From: Mytilus californianus
Taxonomy: Eukaryota
Reading direction: 5' to 3'
DNA: 64,000 nt
Assembly (NCBI RefSeq): GCF_021869535.1
Contig: NW_026262604.1
Coordinates: 6,262,001-6,326,000 of the forward strand
Shown here one piece after another: positions 50,693-62,157 of this stretch. The notes under the pieces were generated by a model that saw only the letters and a program-made list of their open reading frames with translations, searched no databases and was not told where the DNA came from. The translations under genes were made by a program, and so were the position numbers. Numbering within the stretch: the stretch's first letter is position 1; the number at the start of each line of letters is the position of its first letter.

Positions 50693-51680
50693 CCCTTATG
50701 GAACTAAAATGTTTGCAGCAGACTGGCTGCAAGTTTGCAGGAAAACAGAAAATAGCTGCAAACATCCAACAAACACTGCAAGCTTGCGGCAAGATTGCAG
50801 AGACATCAATGTTTGCCGCAAGATTGCAGAAACCTTTGACCATTCTATATGTTTGCCAGAACATTGCAATAATTACACAATTTTGAGTGGGTATGCCTAG
50901 TTGCCACTTCCTGGAAGCTAACAATTTGAAATTTTGGTCTAGGTCATATTGATTGTATTTGATAAATGTTGCATGTATAAGAGATCAAGGAGGCATTTTG
51001 GTTCAATAATATAGGATACTGTATTCAATATGTAATTTTGTAAGTACAAATTGTTCATAGAACTGTTGATTTTAAAATAAAATGATTAATGTCACCATCA
51101 TACAAAATAAAGAACTCAACTATAGTTGTTAACTTTATTATAGTTAGTGTTCAACACATATACAATGTATGTGTTTGAAATACTCTAGCTATTTATAAGT
51201 TTGAATTTTGTAACTGATTAAATGTATACTGTTTAATAAAGTTAATTTCAATTCTGTAACGCAATTATCACCTATAGCTTAATACACACTTGAGATTTAA
51301 ACCTTTTTTTATTTCTTACTACCGGTAAATGATATCATTTCAGAACGACCCTCCGCCCCCAAAATGAAATGCATGTATGACTTTTTCCTTATATCTCGTA
51401 AGTTTGCAAGTATTCTTTCAATGACTGGTTGTGGTATATAGGAAGGAAGTTCTTTCTTTTTTTAAATTTTGATGTGTAATTTGAAAGAGTTGAATTGAAT
51501 GACATTGGTATATGTGTAGTAACTGCAAGTTTGCAGCAAACAATTGCGTTAAGTTTGCATAATTCTGTTTGCTGCAAACTTGCCGCAACCTTCATTTGCA
51601 TGGTTAATTAAATGGTTGCGGCAATGTTTGCTGCAAGTTTGCTGCAAATATTTACCACAAGAATTATTTTTCGGTAAGGG
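50693..51680. mobile_element. ~1-kb non-autonomous element with CCCTTA...TAAGGG ends and TTGC(A/G)GCAA subterminal repeats
   Basis: Clusters of TTTGCAGCAAA/TTGCCGCAA at 50715-50830 and 51520-51650; short TIRs. Confidence 0.65.
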
Positions 51681-52435
51681 AAGGCATATATTGACAATTG
51701 AGCACAAGTTAACAAAAATTAAAGACCATAATTATACAAAAATTTATCATAGCACAATGACACAATGACGGGATGTATAAGTATAGAGCCACGTCAAACG
51801 TACATGTATCAAAGAAATACAAAAAGGTATATAGACAAAGCACATTTAAATTAGCAAAAATAAAAGACAAGAATACAAAAATTATCATAGAAAGTTAAGA
51901 GTGTTAAAAAAATAATTGTGTGTTATGAAGGCAAATAAACTAGATAAACGCATTCAATGTATTGCATTGTGTATATTGTTTTTAACTTATGGTGAATGAT
52001 AATCAACTTATTCTAATACTGTTTCTATCAACAGCAATCGAATGCATTGCACAATATTGTTTACCTGGTGCTCCATATGTATTTTTGAAATTGATTATCG
52101 CCCTTTAAGAAATGTAACCATTGTAAAAGAAACAAAAACACATGACAAAGAAGGTTTGTTATATTCATTGATATTTTTCATTTTACATCCAAATTTTATG
52201 CATAGAATTACGTGCGGTTGATAAAGTGTTGAGCAGGGTTCATCATGAACTTTTGGATAATATGAGCGTATAGTATTTACACCACACATCTGAGACAGAT
52301 ATAAGGAGGTTTTATCGATGACGTCATCTCGGTTCTATTTTTAAATCCGGGGAAGTCTGGCCGTCAATCGGCCATTTCCGTTCGGCGCCATGTGACTGAA
52401 ACGGAAGTCTGCAGTCGTCTGTTTACTAACAAACC

Positions 52436-52650
52436 ATGGGTAAAGTGTGCGTAGTGTTAGGTTGCCGAAATCGAGATAGTCACAAACAGCCAGGAATCAA
52501 ATTCCACAGGATTCCAAAAGATGAAGAAAGAAAACAGCTTTGGATAAAGGCAATAAACCGAAGGGACCCTTTATTCTTTAACAGGAAAAGTTTGGATATC
52601 TGGTGACGAGGGAGCCAGAGACAGAGTGTGCAGTGAACATTTCATTGATG
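52436..52650 (+). pseudogene. THAP-domain first exon of the transposase, frameshifted by a 7-bp insertion
   Basis: MGKVCVVLGCRNR..KFHRIPKDEERKQLWIKAINRRDPL / TGKVW..DRVCSEHFIDG; CTTTA-TT-CTTTA duplication at ~52568-52581 shifts the frame; GT donor at 52651. Confidence 0.85.
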
Positions 52651-52942
52651 GTAAAAATTAAAAGCAATGCTTTATCTTAACCCTTTAAAACATTGCATAT
52701 GTATTCCAGTTCTTGTTATATCCATTTTACATCTAAACTTCAATGCATAAACAACGTGTCGCAATTTTTCTGACGGGCACTTGTCTCAAATATATATATA
52801 TAACAACAATGATGTTTACGACTTTAACCAGTTTACAATTTACCATACCTGTTAACATAAAAGTAAGTATAGGTATCTATTTATTCAATATTTTTATGGG
52901 TTTTTAAAACTAGTTCACTCCTTATAAATTACACAGACCTGT

Positions 52943-53293
52943 ATACACCTAATCGCTATTTATTCCATTCCGGATAAGTTCTAAAATTACACAACTTTTT
53001 CATCCAGTTGACGCTATCTGGGACCCTGTTTAAACAATGCACCATGCATGATACTTTTTAATGAGACCTGTTTAAAACATCGTAAATACTTCAAACACAA
53101 TATTTTTTTTACTTTAATTTGAGTTTGGAAAAAGTGGATCATAATCTATCAAAGTTTCCTATTGATCGCTTTCTAAATTTTTCCCTCCCTCAGCTCGTTA
53201 CTGATGACCTTTGTTTGCGGCCTGTTGACCCAAACAGGAAGTTGTCTAAATGACTGTTTTTTCCGGATTGGACTAAATAGCGATAAGGTGTAT
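52943..53293. mobile_element. 350-bp MITE sharing TIRs with the 175-bp AT-flanked family but with a different interior
   Basis: ATACACCTAATCGCTATTT...AAATAGCGATAAGGTGTAT. Confidence 0.8.
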
Positions 53294-53862
53294 AGTGTAG
53301 GTAGTACAAGGACTGCCATTGACATTGTTTGTTGGAATTGACATGAGGTCTTGAGGACAAGGCTATGGTTTGTATTTTAACATATTCTATCATAGGCATG
53401 ATATGGTGTATGGTTTCATGTTTTATAAATGAACCTGCCCCCACACCGATCATTTTCTTTCTTGATTCTTCCTGTTTTGGCCTGGAATCTACTAGCAAGG
53501 GTGGAAATTCACATTTTCAAGGGGAAGTGCTGCCCAATTTGTTTTCATGTTTGGAATTAGTAATTTGTCCACAATTACTCCACAAATTTTATTATGTCAG
53601 ATTGTCCACATATCTAGCAGTGAATATCTTCCTAGCAAAAAGGGAATTATATATAAAATACCATCTTGTTTCTATGTAAACTATGTAAAAGAAACTTATA
53701 TCAATTAGTATCACATTCTCATGATGCTAAAAGGCCATGGAACGAATACTGGTGGTACCTGTTGTGTTGCTCTTGTTCAAACCCTGTGATAAGTCTAAAT
53801 TGGTAGGTCACATTCAGGGTTAAGGGCGCAAGATTAATAACATAAACAGTACCAATTTTTCT

Positions 53863-53906
53863 GCACCAGATGCGCATTTAGACAATCAATGTCTCTTCAG
53901 TGATGC
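53863..53906 (-). ncRNA. Minimal type I hammerhead ribozyme motif, probably inactive (G12U)
   Basis: On -: GCAUCA CUGAAGA GAC-AUUGAUU-GUC UAA AUGCGCAU C UGGUGC. Stem I 6 bp, stem II 3 bp, palindromic stem III, AUC cleavage triplet. Confidence 0.75.
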
Positions 53907-54237
53907 TCGAGGCGAAAATATTTGAAAATCCAAAGCTTATTAAAAATATAAAGAGTTAGAGAAAAAGATGACTGTGCAATGACAAAATAATGGGCATTCA
54001 CAGATAAAGTACTGTGAAAGTGCATATATGTGTATAACAATAATATTTGGTATGGTTTTGATTTAATTGCTAATAACATTTTTCTATGTCTGTTTTTTTG
54101 AGACGCTAACTGACATATAAAAGGATTATCATATGTCCTAATAACGTTTGATCCATTAAATTCAAGACTGCTACATGTATCTTCAAATTTGACAATTGAC
54201 ATATATTTTCAATGTTAAACATGTTAAATATATACTC

Positions 54238-55317
54238 TTTTTTGTCGAGCCTTCGACTTTTGTCGAAAAAGCGAGACATAGCGATCCTACATTCCGTTGG
54301 CGTCGTCGTCGGCGGCGGCGGCGTCCACAAATATTCACTCTGTGGTTAAAGTTTTTGAAATTTTAATAACTTTCTTAAACTATCCTGGATTTCTACCAAA
54401 CTTGGACAGAAGCTTGTTTATGATCATAAGATAATATTCAAAAGTAAATTTTGTAAAAAAAAAAATCCAATTTTTCCGTATTTTACTTATAAATGGACTT
54501 AGTTTTTCTGCCAAGAAACATAACATTCACTCTGTGGTTAAAGTTTTTGAAATTTTAATAACTTTCTTAAACTATCCTGGATTTCTACCAAACTTGGACA
54601 GAAGCTTGTTTATGATCATAAGATAATATTCAAAAGTAAATTTTGTAAAAAAAAAAATTCCATTTTTTCCGTATTTTACTTATAAATGGACTTAGTTTTT
54701 CTGCCAAGAAACATTACATTCACTCTGTGGTTAAAGTTTTTGAAATTTTAATAACTTTCTTAAACTATCCTGGATTTCTACCAAACTTGGACAGAAGCTT
54801 GTTTATGATCAAAAGATAGTATCCAGAAGTAAATTTTGTAAAAAAAAAATTCCATTTTTTCTGTATTTTACTTATAAATGGACTTAGTTTTTCTGCCATG
54901 AAACATTACATTCACTCTGTGGTTAAAGTTTTTGAAATTTTAATAACTTTCTTAAACTATCCTGGATTTTTACCAAACTTGGAAAGAACCTTGTTTATGA
55001 TCAAAAGATAGTATCCAGAAGTAAATTTTGTAAAAAAGTAAAAAATAAATTCCATTTTTTCCGTATTTTACTTGTAAATGGACTTAGTTTTTCTTCCAGT
55101 TAACATTACATACAGTCTGCACTTTAAGTTTTTAAAACATTTATTAGATTGATAAACTATCCTGGATTTTTACCAAACTTGGACAGAAGCTACTTACAAT
55201 CAAAAGATAGTATAGAGAGGAATATTTTTATTAATTTTTTTCCTCATTTTTGTTGAGCCTGCGATTAACAGCAAAAGTAGGCGAGACACTGGGTTCCGCG
55301 GAACCCTTACGAATTTT
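54238..55317 (+). mobile_element. Complete HINE with ~4.5 x 192-bp core units (same family as 25465)
   Basis: Anchors 54335, 54527, 54720 and 54912; perfect 3' palindrome GGGTTCCGCGGAACCC. Confidence 0.92.
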
Positions 55318-56149
55318 GTTTTTATTCAGATGTTCTTTTTTTATTGTTCTTCTTTCCTTCATAACTGATATATTCTTGGGTTAATTTGTTTTATACATAG
55401 TGTGTAACCAATAGGTCAACTGTAATATATACATGTATTTTCATGGTTTGTTAGTTAATGTTAAATTTTCGTACTTTGGTCTGTGTCTCAAATACTACAT
55501 GTATAAGCAGTATGTGAAAGTATTGATGGTATAAGGTGTAGGTATCTCTGTGTCAGGATTCATATGACCTTGCTCCTTATTGACGATTTATTAACAACAT
55601 TTTAATTTTATCGTTGATCTTATATAATGCATTTTTAAAAAATGGCCATCAATTTTTTAATTGTAACTTCAAGTTATATTTCCTTCTCTCATTCTAACTA
55701 AGGTGTGAAGGGACAATGTGACCTCTTCATCTTATGGCATGTTGCAATGAACGAGCAGAATGGTTTTGGACTTCTAATGAAATAAAATATATAGCGGAAT
55801 GTGAACCGGTTTAAGATGAATACTTAGGGAGCTACCATTTGATTTTTATGGGGGGGGGGGGGGGGGGGCTAGGATGAAAAATTTTGTCCTGCATTTTTTT
55901 TTAGTTGTAATCTTTGTCCTACATTTTTATTTTTCACTCTATTCAGTCCTGCATTTTTTTTGTTAGTTTATCCTGACTTTTTTTATATAAATTGTCATCC
56001 TGCCTTTTTTTTGCTCAAAACTCCTGTCTTGCCTTTTTTCAAATCTCATCCTTTTTGTTGTTTGGATGTACAAGTACCCGGCCAAGTCCACATGTATTTG
56101 TAGTATTTGTATTTTTATCCATCTGATGAGTTAAGCCTCTTTCAACTGA

Positions 56150-57356
56150 TTTTTGTCGAGCCTGCGACTTTTGTTGCAGAAAGCTCGACATAGGGATAGT
56201 GATCCAGTGGCTACAGCGGCGGCAGCGTTATCTAACTTCTTAAAAGCTTTATATTTTAGAAGGTGGAAGACCTGTATGCTTCATACTTTGTATATAGATG
56301 CCTTATGTTATGAAGTTTCCATCTGTCACATGTCCATTGTCCTTGACCTCATTTTCATGGTTCAGTGACTACTTGAAAAAAAGTTAAGATTTTTTGTAAT
56401 GATAATTTCTCTCTTACTATGAATAATAGGATAACTATATTTGGTATGTGCGTACCTTGCAAGGTCCTTATGCCCGTCAGCCAGAATTCCCTTGACCTCG
56501 ACCTCGTTTCATGGATCAGTGAACACGGTTAAGTTTTGGTGGTCAAGTCTATTTCTCAGATACTAGAAGCAATAGGTCTAGCATATTCGGTGTATGGAAG
56601 GACTGTAAGGTGTACATGTCCAACTGGCAGGTGTCATCTGACCTTGACCTCATTTTCATGGTTCAGTGATTATAGTTAAGTTTTTGTGTTTTGGTCTGTT
56701 TTTCTTATACTGTATGCAATAGGTCTACTGTATTTGGTGTATGGAATGATTGTAAGGTGTACATGTCTAGCTGGCATGTGTCTTCTGACCTTGACCTCAT
56801 TTTCATGGTTCAGTTGTCAAAGTTAAGTTTTTGAGTTTTTGGTATTTTTTTCTAATACTATATGCAATAGGTCATCTATATTTGGTGTATGGAAATATTT
56901 TATGTTGTACATGTCAGTCTTGCAGGTTTGACCTTGACCTCATTTTCACGGTTCATTGCTCAGTGTTAAGTTTTTGTGTTTTGGTCTGTTTTTCTAATAC
57001 TATAAGCAATAGGTCAACTATATTTGTTGTATGGAAGGATTGCAAGCTGTACATGTCTGCCTGGCATGGTTCATCTCACCTTGATCTCATTTTCATGGTT
57101 CATTGGTCAATGTTTAGTTTTCTTGGTTAAGCCTGTATCTTAGAAACTATAAACAAAAGGTCAACAATATTTAGTGTATTGAATGATTGTAAGGTGTACA
57201 TGTATTTCTTGTTTGGTTTATATGACCTTGACCTCATTTTCTTGGATCATGTCAAGTGTTTGTGATAGTTGTAGTAAAGCTTTATATTTAGGACTATCAA
57301 CATAATATCAATGATTAGTAAAGAAGGCGATACATTTCAGCGTGTGCACTCTTGTT
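56150..57356 (+). mobile_element. Complete HINE (GACCTTGACCTCATTTTCATGG core) inserted into an interspersed repeat
   Basis: TTTTTGTCGAGCCTGCGAC start, GGC tract, repeated core; ends AAGGCGATACATTTCAGCGTGTGCACTCTTGTT. Confidence 0.85.
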
Positions 57357-58164
57357 ATAGTTCGTTCTTATGTTGTACTGTTACACCACTGTCCCAGGTT
57401 AGGGGAGGGTTGGGATCCCGCTAGCATGTTTAACCCCGCCACATTCTGTATGTATGTGCCTGTCCCAAGTCAGGAGCCTGTAATTCAGCGGTTGTCGTTT
57501 GTTTATGTGTTACATATTTGTTTTTCGTTCATTTTTTGTACATAAATTAGGCCGCTAGTTTTCTCGTTTGAATTGTTTTACATTGTCATTTCGGGGCCTT
57601 TTAAAGCTGACTGTGCAGTATGAACTTTGCTCATTGTTGAAGGCTGTACGCTGACCTATAGTTGTTAATTTCTGTGTCATTTGGTCTCTTGTAGAGAGTT
57701 GTCTCATTGGCAATCATATCACATCTTCTTTTTTATATATCAATTATGGGAAAGTGTTTTAAACAAGATTTAGGTATGAATCAATGTTTTATATCTTTAT
57801 TTATCAGCATACCATATTACACTGTTAAAGAGATACATGTACACACAATAAAAATTACATAATGTACATGTTGTATATGTAGTAAATTTGGTTGATTAGT
57901 ATATTTCTTTTCTCAATAACTATTTATGATCATCATTAAATATAGGACATTTACAAATAGAAAGAAATTCATCTGATATCTCCAGAGTTATACATAAGTA
58001 TTTCATATTATCACTTGCAATATTATGCCATCTACCAGTCTCAACCTACCTAATGTAATAAAATGTTTCTATCATCTTTAGTTTTTAAATAATATTCCAA
58101 TTCACAGTTTTCATTATACATACCATATATATAGTTTACAGCTTTTTTTGATAAAAATAAAAAA

Positions 58165-58392
58165 AGATGTGTGTTTCCTATTACCCTACCCTCCCTATTT
58201 TTTAAGCTCAAAAATAGCCTACCCTAAAGTTTTTTTGTTGTCATTTTTCAGTTTGCACTTTTAAAGTCAGAATGTCCCTCCCATAGACTCAATGTAATAA
58301 AAATGGTAAAATAAAAAAAAAAACCTACCTACCTACCCTTTTTTTTTCAAAGATGTAATAGGAAACACACATATTATTTTTTTTTTTTGGCC
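58165..58392. mobile_element. Copy of the GGCC/TAA MITE (left GGCC missing)
   Basis: Aligns with 19815-20034. Confidence 0.8.
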
Positions 58393-58666
58393 TTAGATAT
58401 ATTATAAGTCTTTTATTAGGCCAAATAAAATAATAGAAACTTGAGAATATTAATCAACAATTGAATATAAAATACATCTATGATATACTAATTGCAAATA
58501 CTTCAAAAAAATCATTCATTTATAGACAGCAATTCACTAAGTACTAAATTCACAGTAAGTGATGTTGTAGTCTACAGTTACTAATTTGAAAAGAAATACT
58601 TAAAATTTGTATCCAAAGTAAGTTCTGGTTTCAGTTTATTGTAACATTTTCACTATTTTTTAAAAG

Positions 58667-58815
58667 ATATAAAAGAGCTGTTAAAAGAACTGCTGATCAA
58701 AAGGAGAGAGAATGCAGAATGCAGTTGGACTTATTGATGACAGCTGATGGCAAAGAAAATGATCATCTGCCATTACAAGACTTAGACTGCAATGTAGACA
58801 TGGAAGACAAAAATG
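58667..58815 (+). CDS. Putative internal exon of the transposase
   Basis: AG/GT bounded and open (YKRAVKRTADQKERECRMQLDLLM...EDKNG); its phase-1 end matches the phase-1 start of the 59834 exon. Confidence 0.5.
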
Positions 58816-59833
58816 GTACCAGAACTTAGTTTACTATTCTTATGTGTTCATAGGGTTAATAATCTTTTTGGACTTGTTGCCTTCAGTTTCTCCATTAATA
58901 ATTTATTAGCAGTTAATTTAAATGCTGCACAGCGTATATTTAAAAAAAAAATGTATAAACATACCACAATGTATTCAATTGCAATAAAATCCATAATCAA
59001 GTAGTGCAATAAACAATGTTTTTTGTACAGAGATGAAAAGGCAACAAATTTATCATACATTTTATATTTTTCCTAGGACTCTATGTAGAAAGCTTAATAT
59101 ATCATCAGTATTAATTTTGCACATTGGTTAAGGCTGTATGGTACCTATACATGTACTTGTTAATATTTTTTGATGTTTTAATCCCTGTCTACTGCAAACT
59201 ATTTCTTTAAAATGTTAGTACGAAAATAATGAGATGTGGTATGATTGCCAATAAGACAACTAATCAAACAAACAAACAAACACACACACACACGCTTAAT
59301 TTACCGCAAAGGAAATTCTAAAAGCAAATATGACATACATGAACCAATCATAACCACTGAACTATAGGCTCCTCACTTGGGACAGACACAAGCTCATTTA
59401 CAATGGATAAATGTCAATTTTATTCAGAAAATAGACCATGCACTTGTAAAAACAACTTCTTGATATATGACACCAACCTTCATCAGGTTATGCTGTTCCT
59501 TGTGACACTTTTCAGTTACTTTGATGTTTATATAGATGGAGTTTAATTCATCCTTTATTAGTATCCAAAAGCTCAAAGTGAATCTGGTTTTCTTAATTGG
59601 AAAACTGCAAATTTGATATATAATTTAGACATTTTTATAAAAGTAAAACAAGGAAATGATTTTATAGTACAAGTTACATTAAGTTTACAAGCCACACAAA
59701 AGTAAATTATTTCAGTAAAAGTCATTTGACCCTTATCATGCTTATGTAATTTAAGAAAAGTTTCAAGTGTCCTTGTTGCCAAATGGAAATGTTTATAGCA
59801 TTTTTGGTTAATTTATAACTCTTTATATTTCAG

Positions 59834-60828
59834 GTAAAGGAGAATATGAAAATTGCAGTATATTATTAAAAAATGCCATAAGTGAAAACAAAATCCTAAT
59901 AGATCAACTTCAACAACTGCAGTTAGAAAAAAATGTTTTAAATAATAAACCACCTTATATGAGGGCTTCTAGTCTATCCCTGGAGAAAACAGAAGAAACA
60001 ACAAAATTTTATACCGGATTGCCATCTTATACATGTTTTATTTGGTTGGTGAACTTTGTGACCTGTATTTTACCTTCTTCCAATATTTTGAGTTCAGCAG
60101 ACATTCTTCTTTTGGTTTTAATGAAATTACGTTTAAATTCTCCACATACTGATATCTCATTTCGTTTTGGAGTTTCTCTTAGTTTAGTTACCAATTTAAT
60201 TGACAGTGTCATCCCTCAATTAGCCCACAAATTAAAATGGTTGATTCATTGGCCAAATAAAGATGATATTTTACGCTCTAGACCAGACTGCTTTAAGGAG
60301 GCCTTTCCCAGATGTGTTTCTGTTATTGACTGTACAGAAGTTTATATAGAGACTCCATCAAATTTTACAGCCAGATCTTGTACTTACAGTAACTATAAGC
60401 ACCACAATACAATTAAGTTTTTAGTCAGTATTGTTCCGTGTGGAAGTATTTCTTTTGTTTCACGTGCATTTGGGGGGAGGACTTCAGATAAATTGATTTC
60501 TCTTAAATCTGGTTACCTTGACTTTATACATCATGGTGATGTTGTCCTAGCAGACCGTGGCTTTCTTATTAAAGACGAATTAGCATCGAGAGGGGCTGAA
60601 TTAATTATACCATCATTTGTAAAGGGAAAAGACCAGCTAAGTGCCTTTGAAGTGGAAAGAAGCCGAAATATTGCACATGTAAGAATTCATGTTGAAAGAG
60701 AAATGGAACGACTGAAAAATTTCCCTATTTGGTCTGGAAAGATGTCATTGAATATGGTGCCACATTCTGACAGTATCATGACAATTTGCTCTGCTATTAT
60801 AAATATGCACCCTAATATTGTTCAATAA
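59834..60828 (+). CDS. Terminal exon of Harbinger/ISL2EU-type DDE transposase (DDE_Tnp_4-like nuclease preceded by an HTH-like region)
   Basis: Acceptor TTTCAG at 59833, in frame with ORF 59959-60828; motifs VIDCTE, TYSNYKHHNTIKFLV, GGRTSD, LADRGF and RIHVER, with the D-D-E triad intact. Confidence 0.92.
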
Positions 60829-60860
60829 CAAATTAACACATTTCCCTTGATTATAGGTAA

Positions 60861-61166
60861 GGCCATTGAAAATTTAATATTGGTTTCCCCTAACACAAGA
60901 AAATTTTAAAAGGTCAGCAGGCAAGAAAAACTTTATTTTTCTATTATTGTAGTTCAAAATATCTACCAGACTACAAGAAAAATGTTGACATCATATCTGA
61001 TCTATATTGTGATGTCACCTACTTTAAACTTGAAGAATGATAAATAAAACATTATTTTGAGAAATGGTCAGACAAGGATCATTTATAGTTTAAGAGCAAG
61101 TATTACTGGAGGGTGAAAACAGACCCAACAGACTTTAGGTAAACCAACAATCTTTTTTCCATGGCC
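60861..61166. mobile_element. GGCC-terminated MITE with TAA/TTA flanks
   Basis: TIR GGCCATTGAAAA..ATTGGTTTCCCCTAA versus GGCCATGGAAAA..GTTGGTTTACCTAA. Confidence 0.78.
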
Positions 61167-61599
61167 TTAAAATTACTAATTTTCATATCTCATCATGTAC
61201 ATAACAACATGTTTCTTGTTGTTTTGTCTAGCCAACATTGACTTTTAAAACAAATTCAATTTTTGATATCTGTATTCAAATTCAAGAAGTTATTGTAGCA
61301 AAAATTGCTGAGGCATCACCGAAAGATAATTGTTCTGCAGATTTTTTTGTTCAGCATTATTATTTTTCAATGAATCTTATAAGGTGCTGAAAAATATTGG
61401 TGTCTGACATTTAAATAAACAGTAGAAGGAGTATTGTTATTACTAGGTATACTTGTTTTTCATTTACTGTAAAGCTTTTATGAAAAATTGACCATATAAC
61501 CTATTAAGAAACTCCCTCACTTGATTTTGAGACTTACAACTCTTTACACTTTTTTTTTTGGAATATGCCTTTTGCAGATACATACAATGCACCCATAAT

Positions 61600-61750
61600 C
61601 AGAAAAGGATTAAGGGTGGGGCAGGGTGTCCCCTCTTTTGTTTGAAAAAATTTGGTTCATTATATAGGAAATCACTGAAGCATGACTGGAGCTGGCCCCT
61701 CTAAGGCAGTCAGTGCCCCCTCTTTATGATAATTTCTGGATCCGCCAATG
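61600..61750. mobile_element. Inverted CAGTGGCGGATCC-family MITE with 5-bp TSD
   Basis: ATAAT on both sides. Confidence 0.8.
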
Positions 61751-62157
61751 ATAATATATTTCAAAAAGATTTTTTTTTATTTTTGTTAAGAATGTATCCT
61801 TATCCAGTTTCAGATAAATGTTCAATTTATCTACAAAATTAACAATATCAAATTTATAAAAAAAAATCCAAAATCTTATGAGAACCTCGCAATACACTTG
61901 AAGTTGTTATTATGTTAATTTTGGAACAGATTGAAAGACTAAAAAATCGTTGTGAAATTAATTCTGGAAAAAAAAATTCTTTTGAAAATATGATGTAAAA
62001 ATTTTTCAATTATAATGGATAAATGAAAATCCAGAATCCTAAACTAAAATTGTCTAGAAAAAATGTATTCAAGTATTAAGTGGTACACCAAGTGTTATCC
62101 ATGCTTCAAGAAGAGGTTATTTTGTAAATATGTTTGATGGCACACTACTTCCACAAA

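Noticed and set aside
59460-59560. Candidate exon for the missing THAP C-terminal motif
   Set aside because: It needs a frameshift and lies downstream of the exon it should precede.
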